A DNA stretch of 64,000 bases, from assembly GCA_963665125.2 (NCBI GenBank), contig CAXXUK010000001.1, positions 672,001 to 736,000 of the forward strand, given 5' to 3'. The notes below the pieces were generated by a model that worked only from the letters and a program-made list of their open reading frames with translations, was not told the origin of the DNA and ran no database searches. How positions within the stretch are numbered: the first letter of the stretch is position 1; the number at the start of each line of letters is the position of its first letter. This stretch comes from an uncultured Desulfarculus sp. GTDB lineage: Bacteria > Desulfobacterota > Desulfarculia > Desulfarculales > Desulfarculaceae. The position numbers and the translations under genes are program-made. Shown here piece by piece: positions 1 to 8,391 of the stretch.

Positions 1-564
1 ATCTATGGGGCAAAAATCCTGCAACCGCTTGGTGCGGCTGGTGTCATCCGGCGGCAGGCCCAAAATGGCCTGGGCCTGGCGGTTGCTTAACAGGACATGG
101 CCCTTGAGGTCGGCGGCAACAACGGCGTCGACCATGGAGTCCATGACGCTGCCCAGAAACTTGTTGGCCTGTTTCAAATCTTTTTCGAGTTGTTTGGCCT
201 GGGTGATATCCCGGATGGTTTCAATGACGCCCACCACCCGGTTTTGACTGTCCATCAATGGCGAAAGAATCACCTCTTCAATGACCTGGTTGCCTTTGGA
301 GTCAGTGAATTCATGAATATTGCTCTGACCCCTTTGACCGGAAAGCGCCGCCCGGAATCGGCACTGCGAAGGGGGGCAGGGCAGGCTTTGGCCGTGGAAG
401 ACCTCGAAACAGCGCTTGCCTATCACCGCTTCCCTGTTTTGACCATAACGTTGCAAAAAGCTGGGGTTTACCTCTTGAACAACCATTTGGGTGTCCAGGA
501 CAAGCGTCGGAAATGGTGATGCCCGGAAAACATCAGCCAGTAATTGGTTGTGTTGCTGTTGCAT
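1..564 (-). CDS. Multi-PAS sensor protein, probably a histidine kinase (partial; runs off the left edge)
   Basis: Not in the ORF track. Manual minus-strand translation from ATG 564: MQQQHNQLLADVFRASPFPTLVLDTQMVVQEVNPSF...IGKRCFEVFHGQSLPC...GVIETIRDITQAKQLEKDL...MVDAVVAADLKGHVLFSNRQA. Two PAS repeats with the DIT motif; open to base 1. Confidence 0.85.
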   Translation of the reverse strand, partial: MQQQHNQLLADVFRASPFPTLVLDTQMVVQEVNPSFLQRYGQNREAVIGKRCFEVFHGQSLPCPPSQCRFRAALSGQRGQSNIHEFTDSKGNQVIEEVILSPLMDSQNRVVGVIETIRDITQAKQLEKDLKQANKFLGSVMDSMVDAVVAADLKGHVLLSNRQAQAILGLPPDDTSRTKRLQDFCPID

Positions 565-578
565 ATCCGAAGCCATCA

Positions 579-1061
579 TCATCGCTCCGGTTCGTTGAAA
601 TTAAGCCGCAACCCGGTTACTGCCGGGCCTTCGTCTTCGGGCTTGACGGCCAGCATTATCGAATGCATTGCGGCGTTGATGGCCAAGGGCGTCACGTTTG
701 CCTGATCAAGGCCATCAAGAGCTAGATTCATTATGCCCCAACGGTCGCCGAAATGGGGGCCTTGCAGATGGATTACGCTTACCGGCACCGGTCTGTCGGC
801 TTCGAACCCGGTGGCCAACATGGCCGAATCCGCCTTGGCCGCTGTCTCAAGACTCAGGCACAATGATATTTGGGGGTCGCCCTTGGGCCAAGCCGCCAAC
901 AGAAAATGAGGCCTGAACTGAAGGCGAAGCTGTTCCAGGGCCCTGTGAGCGGCGGGGATATCCTTTTGTCGGCCCCAGACCTGCAACAGGGCCAGACCCC
1001 GTTTGACGGCGATGCCGTAGACCCTTACCGGAAGTTCGCTATAGACGGCGATGGTTTCCAC
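579..1061 (-). CDS. Stand-alone ACT-domain protein (aspartokinase C-terminal ACT-like)
   Basis: C-terminal VIHLQGPHFGDRWGIMNLALDGLDQANVTPLAINAAMHSIMLAVKPEDEGPAVTGL follows the aspartokinase ACT pattern; tightly packed in the operon. Confidence 0.65.
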   Translation of the reverse strand: METIAVYSELPVRVYGIAVKRGLALLQVWGRQKDIPAAHRALEQLRLQFRPHFLLAAWPKGDPQISLCLSLETAAKADSAMLATGFEADRPVPVSVIHLQGPHFGDRWGIMNLALDGLDQANVTPLAINAAMHSIMLAVKPEDEGPAVTGLRLNFNEPER

Positions 1062-1064
1062 TGC

Positions 1065-1592
1065 CTAATCCTCCGGTTTTTTCCTGTTGGTCTGGACCAC
1101 ATGCACCTCGGAGTCCATGGGAGAGATGCCTGTCGGCAATACGAAAATCCGGGTGAATATCTCCTCGGCCAGTTGGGCCTTGGCCTGGTTCAGAACCATC
1201 ATCATCGCTGAGGTGCTTGTGTTCATCAACAGCGGATGGATGCCGTTTTCCGCCAGTTTTGCCGTAACGTAAAAGGGCAGGGTGGGATTGTCGGACAAGG
1301 GATAAAAGGAAAAACAAACCACTTGGCCGATCAACTCCGGATTGGGGTCGTTGTACTCGGCGGCCACGTCCCTGGCCTCGGCCATTGCCCTGGCCGTGTA
1401 TTCCGGAGCGATGAGTAGACCCGCTTGGCCAAATGTGTCTTCAGCGGCCAGCATGCGTATGTTGATATGCGATCGGGACAGGCGGCTTGTTAAGGCAAAA
1501 AGCGACCGACCAAGCCCCCCTTTGTGAATCAGGAGACTCAGTTCGCCGCTTTTTTTTAGGCCTGCCAGCCGCAGGGGTCTATTCCCGATCAA
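1065..1592 (-). CDS. Stand-alone tandem ACT-domain protein (aspartokinase beta-subunit-like)
   Basis: LFALTSRLSRSHINIRML and AKLAENGIHPLLMNTSTSAMMMVL resemble the aspartokinase ACT motif LAEAGINI.MISTSE. Confidence 0.65.
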   Translation of the reverse strand: MIGNRPLRLAGLKKSGELSLLIHKGGLGRSLFALTSRLSRSHINIRMLAAEDTFGQAGLLIAPEYTARAMAEARDVAAEYNDPNPELIGQVVCFSFYPLSDNPTLPFYVTAKLAENGIHPLLMNTSTSAMMMVLNQAKAQLAEEIFTRIFVLPTGISPMDSEVHVVQTNRKKPED

Positions 1593-1604
1593 TCCAGGAT
1601 GGCC

Positions 1605-1988
1605 CTAGATCAGATCGGCAACCAGTTCGGCCAGCTTGTCAAGATCCACAGGTTTGGGCACGTAATCGTCAGCTTGGACCTTCATGCCGTCCTGGTGGGT
1701 GTATGTTGTCGAGGGAACGGCCGAGCCTACGGCTGTGAGCAAAATTACCGGGATGTCCTTGTACTCGCTGTCGCTTTTGAGCTCATCGCAGACTTCGTAG
1801 CCGTTTTTTCTGGGCATCATCACGTCAAGCACGATCAGATCGGGCCGCTTTGCCTTGATGCTTTCCCAGGCTTCGATTCCGTCATAGGCCTTGCCTATGC
1901 TGAATCCCCGGGACTCCAGGTTCATGGCCACGGCTTCAACCAAATCTGGATCGTCGTCTACGATCAGGACATACTTTGGCTCGGCCAT
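1605..1988 (-). CDS. Single-domain response regulator receiver
   Basis: VLIVDDD, LDVMMP, LLTA and PKP motifs; GGAGG RBS upstream. Confidence 0.92.
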   Translation of the reverse strand: MAEPKYVLIVDDDPDLVEAVAMNLESRGFSIGKAYDGIEAWESIKAKRPDLIVLDVMMPRKNGYEVCDELKSDSEYKDIPVILLTAVGSAVPSTTYTHQDGMKVQADDYVPKPVDLDKLAELVADLI

Positions 1989-2044
1989 GTGCACCTCCTT
2001 CGATCATCGGTTGGAGCGGCGCGATATGCGCCGCTCCATCTATT

Positions 2045-2968
2045 TTATACTTGGGGCCTAGGCAATAAGCCAGCCCTTTCGGTGATCTCGGGTACGCGGT
2101 GTTCCCATTCGATGAGCATGAGGTGGACTCCGGCGATGCCGGGCATCTCTTTTACCTGCTCGATTTGTTCCAACAGAATCTTGATGCCTTCTTCGGCCTG
2201 TTCCTTTTTGTCGACGCCGGCGACGCGTTTGACGAGTTCGTCGGGCACTTCCATGCCGGGAACCTTGTTGGCCATGTATTTGGCCATGCCAGCGCTCTTG
2301 AGCGGGGTCAAACCGGCCAGGATGGCGCATTTCTCGGTCAGACCCTCTTCGTGCGCCTTTTTCATGTAATCACGGAACTTGTCCATGTTGTAGATGCACT
2401 GGGTCTGAATGAAGTCCGCACCGGCGGCGATTTTTTTGGCCAGGCGTCTGACGCGCAGCTCATAGGGGTCGCCAAAGGGGTTGGCGGCGGCGCCGATGAA
2501 CATCTTGGGAGCGCCCTTGAGGTCCGCGCCGCCCAGGAATTTTTCCTCGTCGCGCATGATCTTGCACATCTGGATCATTTGGATGGAGTCCAGGTCGTGC
2601 ACGTTGATCGACTGCGGGTGGTCGCCGAAGCTGGGGTGGTCGCCGCTGAGGCACAGCATGGTGTTGATGCCCAGGGCGGTGGCGCCCAGAATGTCGGACT
2701 GCATGGCGATGCGGTTGCGGTCGCGGCTGACCATCTGGTAGTTGGGCTCCAGGCCCAAATCCTTGGCGATCAAGGCGGTAGCCCAGGAGGCCATGCGGAC
2801 CATGGCGGTCTGGTTGTCGGTAATATTGACCGCGTCGACCTTGCCAACCAAGTGCTTGGCTTTTTCTTTGACGGCCTCGACGTCGTTGCCACGGGGCGGG
2901 CCCAACTCACCGGTTACCGCGAAATTGCCGGCCGCCAGGACTTTTTCAAGATTGCTTTGGCTTTTCAT
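2045..2968 (-). CDS. metF: Methylenetetrahydrofolate reductase, catalytic subunit
   Basis: ELGPPRG, NITDN, SRDRNRIAMQSD, LSGDHP, KKIAAGADFIQTQ motifs; overlaps the metV stop. Confidence 0.93.
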   Translation of the reverse strand: MKSQSNLEKVLAAGNFAVTGELGPPRGNDVEAVKEKAKHLVGKVDAVNITDNQTAMVRMASWATALIAKDLGLEPNYQMVSRDRNRIAMQSDILGATALGINTMLCLSGDHPSFGDHPQSINVHDLDSIQMIQMCKIMRDEEKFLGGADLKGAPKMFIGAAANPFGDPYELRVRRLAKKIAAGADFIQTQCIYNMDKFRDYMKKAHEEGLTEKCAILAGLTPLKSAGMAKYMANKVPGMEVPDELVKRVAGVDKKEQAEEGIKILLEQIEQVKEMPGIAGVHLMLIEWEHRVPEITERAGLLPRPQV

Positions 2969-3633
2969 GACATCAAGTCCTCTCTGACGATCTTACGAGG
3001 TCCACCATCGCGCGAAGTACGCCAGTCTTTGACCGGCATGATCTTGTCGTACAGGTCGGTGCGGCCCATGGCCGTCAGACGATCCCAAATCAACTGCCAA
3101 CCGCAAGGCGTATCGGGGTTGATCTCACAGCTGCCATGGGTGGAGCCGCCGCAGGGGCCGTTGAAAAGGCGCTTGGAACAGCGGGCCACCGGGCAGATAC
3201 CGCCGGTGTAGGCCAGCACGCAGTCGCCACAACCCTGGCAACGCTCGGCCCAAACGCCCTGCTGTTCGCTGGCGCCCATGAACGAGGTGTTGACCATGGG
3301 GTAGACCGGCTTTTCCATGTACCGGCTGGCCACGGTCTGCACACCGCAGCCACAGGCCATGGACAGGATTGCCTCGTATTTGTCGGCAATCTTGGCCAGT
3401 TCCTCGACGTACTCGGGGTCGCACTGGCGCTCCAGGGTCAGCTCGTCGATTTCGAGTTTCTTGCCATCTTTGAGGAAGGCCATCTGCAGGGCCGAAGCCA
3501 AAATGCCGACCTCTTTGCGTCCACCGGCGTTACACACGGTGACGCACTCGTTGCAACCCAGCAAAAGAACCTTGCTGAAGGGCGCAACGTACTCCATGAT
3601 CTCTTCAATGGGCTTGCGTTCCGCTACGATCAT
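2965..3633 (-). CDS. metV: MTHFR small Cys-rich subunit MetV (MTHFR C-terminal domain protein)
   Basis: GCNECVTVC, ERQCD, ACGCG, CQGCGDC...GGICPVARCSKRLFNGPCGG...CEI...CGW; adjacent to metF. Confidence 0.9.
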   Translation of the reverse strand: MIVAERKPIEEIMEYVAPFSKVLLLGCNECVTVCNAGGRKEVGILASALQMAFLKDGKKLEIDELTLERQCDPEYVEELAKIADKYEAILSMACGCGVQTVASRYMEKPVYPMVNTSFMGASEQQGVWAERCQGCGDCVLAYTGGICPVARCSKRLFNGPCGGSTHGSCEINPDTPCGWQLIWDRLTAMGRTDLYDKIMPVKDWRTSRDGGPRKIVREDLMS

Positions 3634-3650
3634 GATTTGTCCGTCCTAAC

Positions 3651-4079
3651 TTAGGCCGCCTGCCGGGCCTGCCCCTTGATGGGGTTGGGGCCCAACTCGC
3701 GAACCTTATCAGTGAATTCAGTCGCCACAGAGGCGAACACGTTGCCCTGACCGGCCGACATGTGGGTCATCATGACCCGCTCGCCGCCGATACCAATATC
3801 GTTCAGCAGGTTCTGAACGTATTCCACTCTTTTAGCAGCCCGCAGGTTGCCGTTTTTGAAGTGGCAGTCGCCTTCAAGGCAACCAGCCACCAAGACGCCG
3901 TCGGCGCCTTTCTGCAGGGCGCGCATAATGTGAAGGGTGTCCACCTTGCCGGTGCAGGGGACCTTGATCACATTAACGTTGGCCGGGTAGCTTATGCGCT
4001 GCAGGCCAGCCATGTCGGCGGCCGTATAGGCGCAGTATTCGCATGCAAAGGCCACGATGATCGGTTCAAAGCTAGCCAT
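3651..4079 (-). CDS. mvhD: MvhD/FlpD [2Fe-2S] subunit
   Basis: FACEYCAYTAADMAG, VPCTGK, GADGVLVAGCLEGDCHF. Confidence 0.93.
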   Translation of the reverse strand: MASFEPIIVAFACEYCAYTAADMAGLQRISYPANVNVIKVPCTGKVDTLHIMRALQKGADGVLVAGCLEGDCHFKNGNLRAAKRVEYVQNLLNDIGIGGERVMMTHMSAGQGNVFASVATEFTDKVRELGPNPIKGQARQAA

Positions 4080-7000
4080 TTACAGGACTCCTTCCAGCAG
4101 GGCGTCGGTCTGGGCCAGGATCTGGTCGTCTTCGTAGCCTTGCAGTTGGATGGCCTTGGCCGGGCATTCGGCGGCGCATACGCCGCAGCCCAGGCACTTC
4201 TCGGGGTCGATCTGCGAGTAGCCGTCGGCGTTAATGAACGGCACGCCAAACGGGCAGGCCCGCACACAAACCAGACAGGCGGCGCACATTTCGCCGGTGA
4301 CCTTGGCCACGCCGCCGGTAACCTGGATGGCTTCCTGGGCCAGCACGGTGATGGCCCGGCCGGCAGCGGCCTGGCCCTGCATGATCGCTTCGTCGATGCT
4401 CTTGGGAGCCAACACCGAACCGGCGGCGAAGATGCCGGGCTCGGGGGTCTCCACCGGGCGCATCTTGACGTGCTCTTCCAGCAGGAAGCCTTCGTCGGTC
4501 TGCTGAAGCTCGAATATGGAGCACAGATCCTCAAGGCCTTCTTCGTCGGCGATCTGCGGGGTCGACAGCACCAGGGCGCTGGCTTCCACGGCCACGGGGC
4601 GTCCCAGGACCGGATCGTCAAAGGAGACCAGGACCTTGCCGCCGTCTTCGGTGACCACGGGAGGCTGGCCTTCGTTGTAGCGAACGAAGAGGATGCCGCT
4701 CTCGCGGGCGATGCGGTAGTCTTCCTCGGATGCGTACGGGGTGCGCATGTCGCGGTAGAGCACGACGATCTGGGCATCGGGGCTCTTTTCACGGAGTTCC
4801 AGGGCGTTCTTGAGGGCCGAGCGGCAGCAGATGCGGCCGCAGGCCGGGTTGGCGGCGTTGCGCGAACCCACGCACTGGATCATGACCACGCTGTCGAGGC
4901 CGGCCATGTCGCCCTTGGCCAGCTTCTGGCCCAGCTCAACCTGGGTTATCACGGCGTTGTTCTTGCCGTAGAGGTAGCCCTCGGGATCGTAGGCCTTGCC
5001 GCCGGTGGCCAGGATGGTCACACCGTGCTTGATTTCCTGGTAGTACATCGCCGGGCCGGACTGCACGCCGGTGGTGAAGTCGCCCAGGCAGCCCTTGTTG
5101 TCGACCACGAGCGCTTCGGTGAGCACTTCGATCTTGTCGTTGGCTTCGACCTTGGCGACCAGGTTTTCGACAATGGGGGCAACCGGATTGCCCGACAGGG
5201 TGTGAGTAAGATTGACAGCGTAACCGCCGAGCTGCTTTTCGCGCTCGACGAGCTTGACATCAAAGCCCTGATCGGCAAGTGACAGGGCCGAACTCATGCC
5301 GGCCACGCCGCCGCCGACCACCAGCGCCGTCTTGTTGAGGCCCTGGGGCTGGGTGTAAATGGGCTTGGCAGCCTTGACCCGGGCCACGGCCATGCGAACC
5401 AGCATAACGGCTTTGTGGGTCGCGGCTTCGGGCATACCCTGGTGGACCAGGGCATCCTGGTCGCGGACGTTGGCGATCTCGACCATGGCCCTGTTCAGGC
5501 CGGCGCGGCGCACGGCCTCGGCGTAAATTTTGCCGTGGGTGCGCGGGCTGTTGCCGATGATCACAACGCGGTTGACGCCATTGGCCTTGATGGACTCGAT
5601 AAGTTTGTCCAGCCCGTCGCCGCCGCCATAGGAGACCGATACTTCCTCGACCACCGCCACATCGGGCATGGTCTTGGCCGCGTCGAGAAGTTTGGCCGTG
5701 TCCACCGCCCGGGCGATGTTGCCGCCGAAGTCGGCCAGGTACACGCCGACCTTGGGAGCTTCGCCGGAGGTTTCGCGCTCGGCGGGCAGCTCTTTTTCAT
5801 AGCGTACTGGCTCGGGAGCGGTCAGATGCATGCTGGCCAGGCAAGCGGCCGCCGAAGCCTGCATGATGGAATCGGGAATATCCTTGGGGCCGGTGGCCAT
5901 GCCGCAGGCGTAGATGCCTTCGCGGCTGGTGCTCACGGGAGCGGCGTCGCTGGTGGCCACGAAGTTGAACTGGTCCAACTCGATGCCCAGGGTTTCGGCG
6001 ACCTTGCCGGCGTCCTTGGAAGCGCAGAAACCGGTGGCCAACACCAGCATATCCAGGGCGGCCTCGAGCTGTTGGCCGTCTTCGGTGGCATAGCTGAGCA
6101 TCAGGTCGCCGGTTGTCTCGTCACGGCGCACGGTGTGGGGGCGGCAACGGACAAAGTTGATGCCCACATCGTTTTTCATGCGCTGGTAATATTGCTCGTA
6201 GTCCTTGCCCATGGGGCGGATGTCCATATAGAAAATGGTTGCATCCAGCTCATCGGAAAAATGTTCCTTGGCCCATGAGGCTTCCTTCATGGCGAACATG
6301 CAGCAGATTTCAGAGCAGTAGGGATTGCCGGGCGCCTTGGTGGTGCGGCTGCCCACGCACTGGATCCAGCCCACGCGGGTGGGGCGGCGTCCGTCGCTGG
6401 GACGGGCGAAAATGCCGCTGGTTGGTCCGGTGGGGGACAAGATGCGCTCGAATTCGAGGCTGGTCACCACGTCCGGGAACACACCGTAGCCGTAGTAATC
6501 CGACAGCGGGGTAGGGTCGAACAGTTCCGCGCCGCTGGCCACGATAATGGAGCCGACCTCAATGGTGGTGGTTGTCGCCTGCTGATCAAGCTTGATGGCG
6601 CCGGGCTCGCAGCAACTGGCCCAGGAGCCGTCGCCGGCCTTTTCCTTATCGACGGCAAAGGCTTGGGGCACGGCTTGGGGATAACGCAGGCAGCTTGGGC
6701 TGCTGTGATCCAAACCGGGGGTGAAGCTGACCGCACCTTCGGGGGCCGCCTTGAGACACTCTCCGCATGCCGTGCAAAGCTCGGTGTCGATGTAACGCGG
6801 ATTGGTCTGGAGCTCGACGGTGAAAGCGCCAGCCTCACCGCTGACGCCCACGACTTCGGTCAGGGGCATTACGCCGATGCCGATATCGAAGCCTGCGGGG
6901 GCCATGTCCGGCGACAGGTAGCAGATCTGGCAATCGTTGGTCGGGAACTGACGGTCCAGCAGTGGGACAAACCCGCCGGGATTGGATGCCTTGTCGGTCA

Positions 7001-7112
7001 CGATGACCCGACGGCCGGACTCTGCGAGGTCCAGCGCGGCTTTCAATCCGGCGATGCCGCCACCCATTACGAGGACAGTTTCCAGCCGACCGTTCTTGGT
7101 TGCGTCGCTCAT
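4080..7112 (-). CDS. hdrA: Large HdrA-like flavoprotein (two FAD modules, C-terminal 2x[4Fe-4S])
   Basis: Two GGGxAG motifs, FPTNDC, two IQCVGSR motifs, YCSEICC and CGRICC, C-terminal CAACLVCVRACP / CLGCGVCAAECP; abuts mvhD. Confidence 0.9.
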   Translation of the reverse strand: MSDATKNGRLETVLVMGGGIAGLKAALDLAESGRRVIVTDKASNPGGFVPLLDRQFPTNDCQICYLSPDMAPAGFDIGIGVMPLTEVVGVSGEAGAFTVELQTNPRYIDTELCTACGECLKAAPEGAVSFTPGLDHSSPSCLRYPQAVPQAFAVDKEKAGDGSWASCCEPGAIKLDQQATTTTIEVGSIIVASGAELFDPTPLSDYYGYGVFPDVVTSLEFERILSPTGPTSGIFARPSDGRRPTRVGWIQCVGSRTTKAPGNPYCSEICCMFAMKEASWAKEHFSDELDATIFYMDIRPMGKDYEQYYQRMKNDVGINFVRCRPHTVRRDETTGDLMLSYATEDGQQLEAALDMLVLATGFCASKDAGKVAETLGIELDQFNFVATSDAAPVSTSREGIYACGMATGPKDIPDSIMQASAAACLASMHLTAPEPVRYEKELPAERETSGEAPKVGVYLADFGGNIARAVDTAKLLDAAKTMPDVAVVEEVSVSYGGGDGLDKLIESIKANGVNRVVIIGNSPRTHGKIYAEAVRRAGLNRAMVEIANVRDQDALVHQGMPEAATHKAVMLVRMAVARVKAAKPIYTQPQGLNKTALVVGGGVAGMSSALSLADQGFDVKLVEREKQLGGYAVNLTHTLSGNPVAPIVENLVAKVEANDKIEVLTEALVVDNKGCLGDFTTGVQSGPAMYYQEIKHGVTILATGGKAYDPEGYLYGKNNAVITQVELGQKLAKGDMAGLDSVVMIQCVGSRNAANPACGRICCRSALKNALELREKSPDAQIVVLYRDMRTPYASEEDYRIARESGILFVRYNEGQPPVVTEDGGKVLVSFDDPVLGRPVAVEASALVLSTPQIADEEGLEDLCSIFELQQTDEGFLLEEHVKMRPVETPEPGIFAAGSVLAPKSIDEAIMQGQAAAGRAITVLAQEAIQVTGGVAKVTGEMCAACLVCVRACPFGVPFINADGYSQIDPEKCLGCGVCAAECPAKAIQLQGYEDDQILAQTDALLEGVL

Positions 7113-7158
7113 GGGAAACCCTTCGATGTTAATAGAATTCCTGCACTTAACGCCGGCT

Positions 7159-8031
7159 TCAGCAACCTGCCGAATCCAAAATTCGCGGCAGCTTGTTTTC
7201 CCAGCCGGCGGTTACCAACAATACTCCGCCGCAGAGCTTCTTGAGGGCCTTTACCGTCTCACCAGCGATCTTGACGCATTCGGCCGGCCTGTCCGAGGCC
7301 TGACGGATGCGTCTGATAACGTCTTCGCCGATGTGCACGCCGGTGAGGTTCTGAGTGAGATAGCGGGCCATGCCCACCGACTTCAGAAGCATCACCGAGG
7401 CGATGACCGGAGCGCCGATTCCCTTGGCCTTGTTCATAAAGGAAGCGAACGCTTCCACATCGAACACAGGCGGGGCGATCAGGAACTTGGCGCCCTTGCC
7501 GACCGCGGCCCTGGCGTTGTCGATACGCAGTTCACCCTGCGCATCATCCACCCATGGTTCAATGCGCGCGCCCAAGCAGAACTTGGGTACGCCCCTAAGC
7601 TCCCGGCCGCCGATATCACGGCCGCCGGCCAGGGTGGTCGCGGCCTCCAGGAAGCCGACGGAACTAAGGTCATACACGGGCTTGGCCTGGAGATGGTCGC
7701 CCATTTCAATGGGTTCACCCTCCACGGCCATGACGTTCGCGACGCCCATGACATGGGCCGCCAGCAGATCGGCTTGCAGTGCCAAGCGATTGCGGTCGCG
7801 GCATGAGAACTGGATGATCGGCTCGACGCCCTGGCCTTTGAGCAACACTGCTCCCGCCAAGGCTGACATCCTCATAACCGCGTAACTCATGTCCGGGACA
7901 AGCGCGGCGTCGATCCTGCCCGATACATGTCTGGCGTTGTCGACAAAGCCCGAGATGTCCACTCCCTTGGGTGTCTCCATCTCGACCAATACCACGAAAT
8001 CCTTGGACTTTAGAGTGTCTGCAAAGGCCAT
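7159..8031 (-). CDS. Second, divergent MetF-family protein
   Basis: EMETPKG, CRDRNRLALQADLLAA, YDLSS, LKSVGMARYL motifs shared with metF at 2045-2968. Confidence 0.85.
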   Translation of the reverse strand: MAFADTLKSKDFVVLVEMETPKGVDISGFVDNARHVSGRIDAALVPDMSYAVMRMSALAGAVLLKGQGVEPIIQFSCRDRNRLALQADLLAAHVMGVANVMAVEGEPIEMGDHLQAKPVYDLSSVGFLEAATTLAGGRDIGGRELRGVPKFCLGARIEPWVDDAQGELRIDNARAAVGKGAKFLIAPPVFDVEAFASFMNKAKGIGAPVIASVMLLKSVGMARYLTQNLTGVHIGEDVIRRIRQASDRPAECVKIAGETVKALKKLCGGVLLVTAGWENKLPRILDSAGC

Positions 8032-8178
8032 CTACTGCCCTCCCTTTAAAAAAGGGACGCGGACAAGCCAAAGCTGACGCGACTCTGCGGCGGGTACACC
8101 GCCTGATGTATGCCCGTCGTTCCCTGCGGCGTGGATGACAACTTTGCCCACGTTTGATTTAGAGCAAATTCATCACCC

Positions 8179-8194
8179 TGTGACATAGTTCACT
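8179..8194. promoter_or_regulatory. Rex/CRP-like operator upstream of the metF'-hdrA operon
   Basis: TGTGACATAGTTCACT = TGTGA-N6-TCAC, in the divergent intergenic region. Confidence 0.5.
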
Positions 8195-8391
8195 TTACCG
8201 AATATACTTCATAACCCTATTTGATCAAGGCTGCAAGAGATTGTTTTGTTTTTAACAACCCTATGCAACCAGTAGTCTATTAACAGTATGATTTGATATC
8301 CATATCAAGATGCAACACCCTTGTTGGCCCCTTGTTGTTTTTTTTGGCTACAACGGAGCGGTGCTCCATGTTATCGCGAGGATGACGGACG

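Noticed and set aside
2099..5282. Long plus-strand ORFs (2099-3211, 3762-5282)
   Set aside because: Antisense shadows of metF/metV/hdrA, typical of high-GC coding DNA; no motifs.
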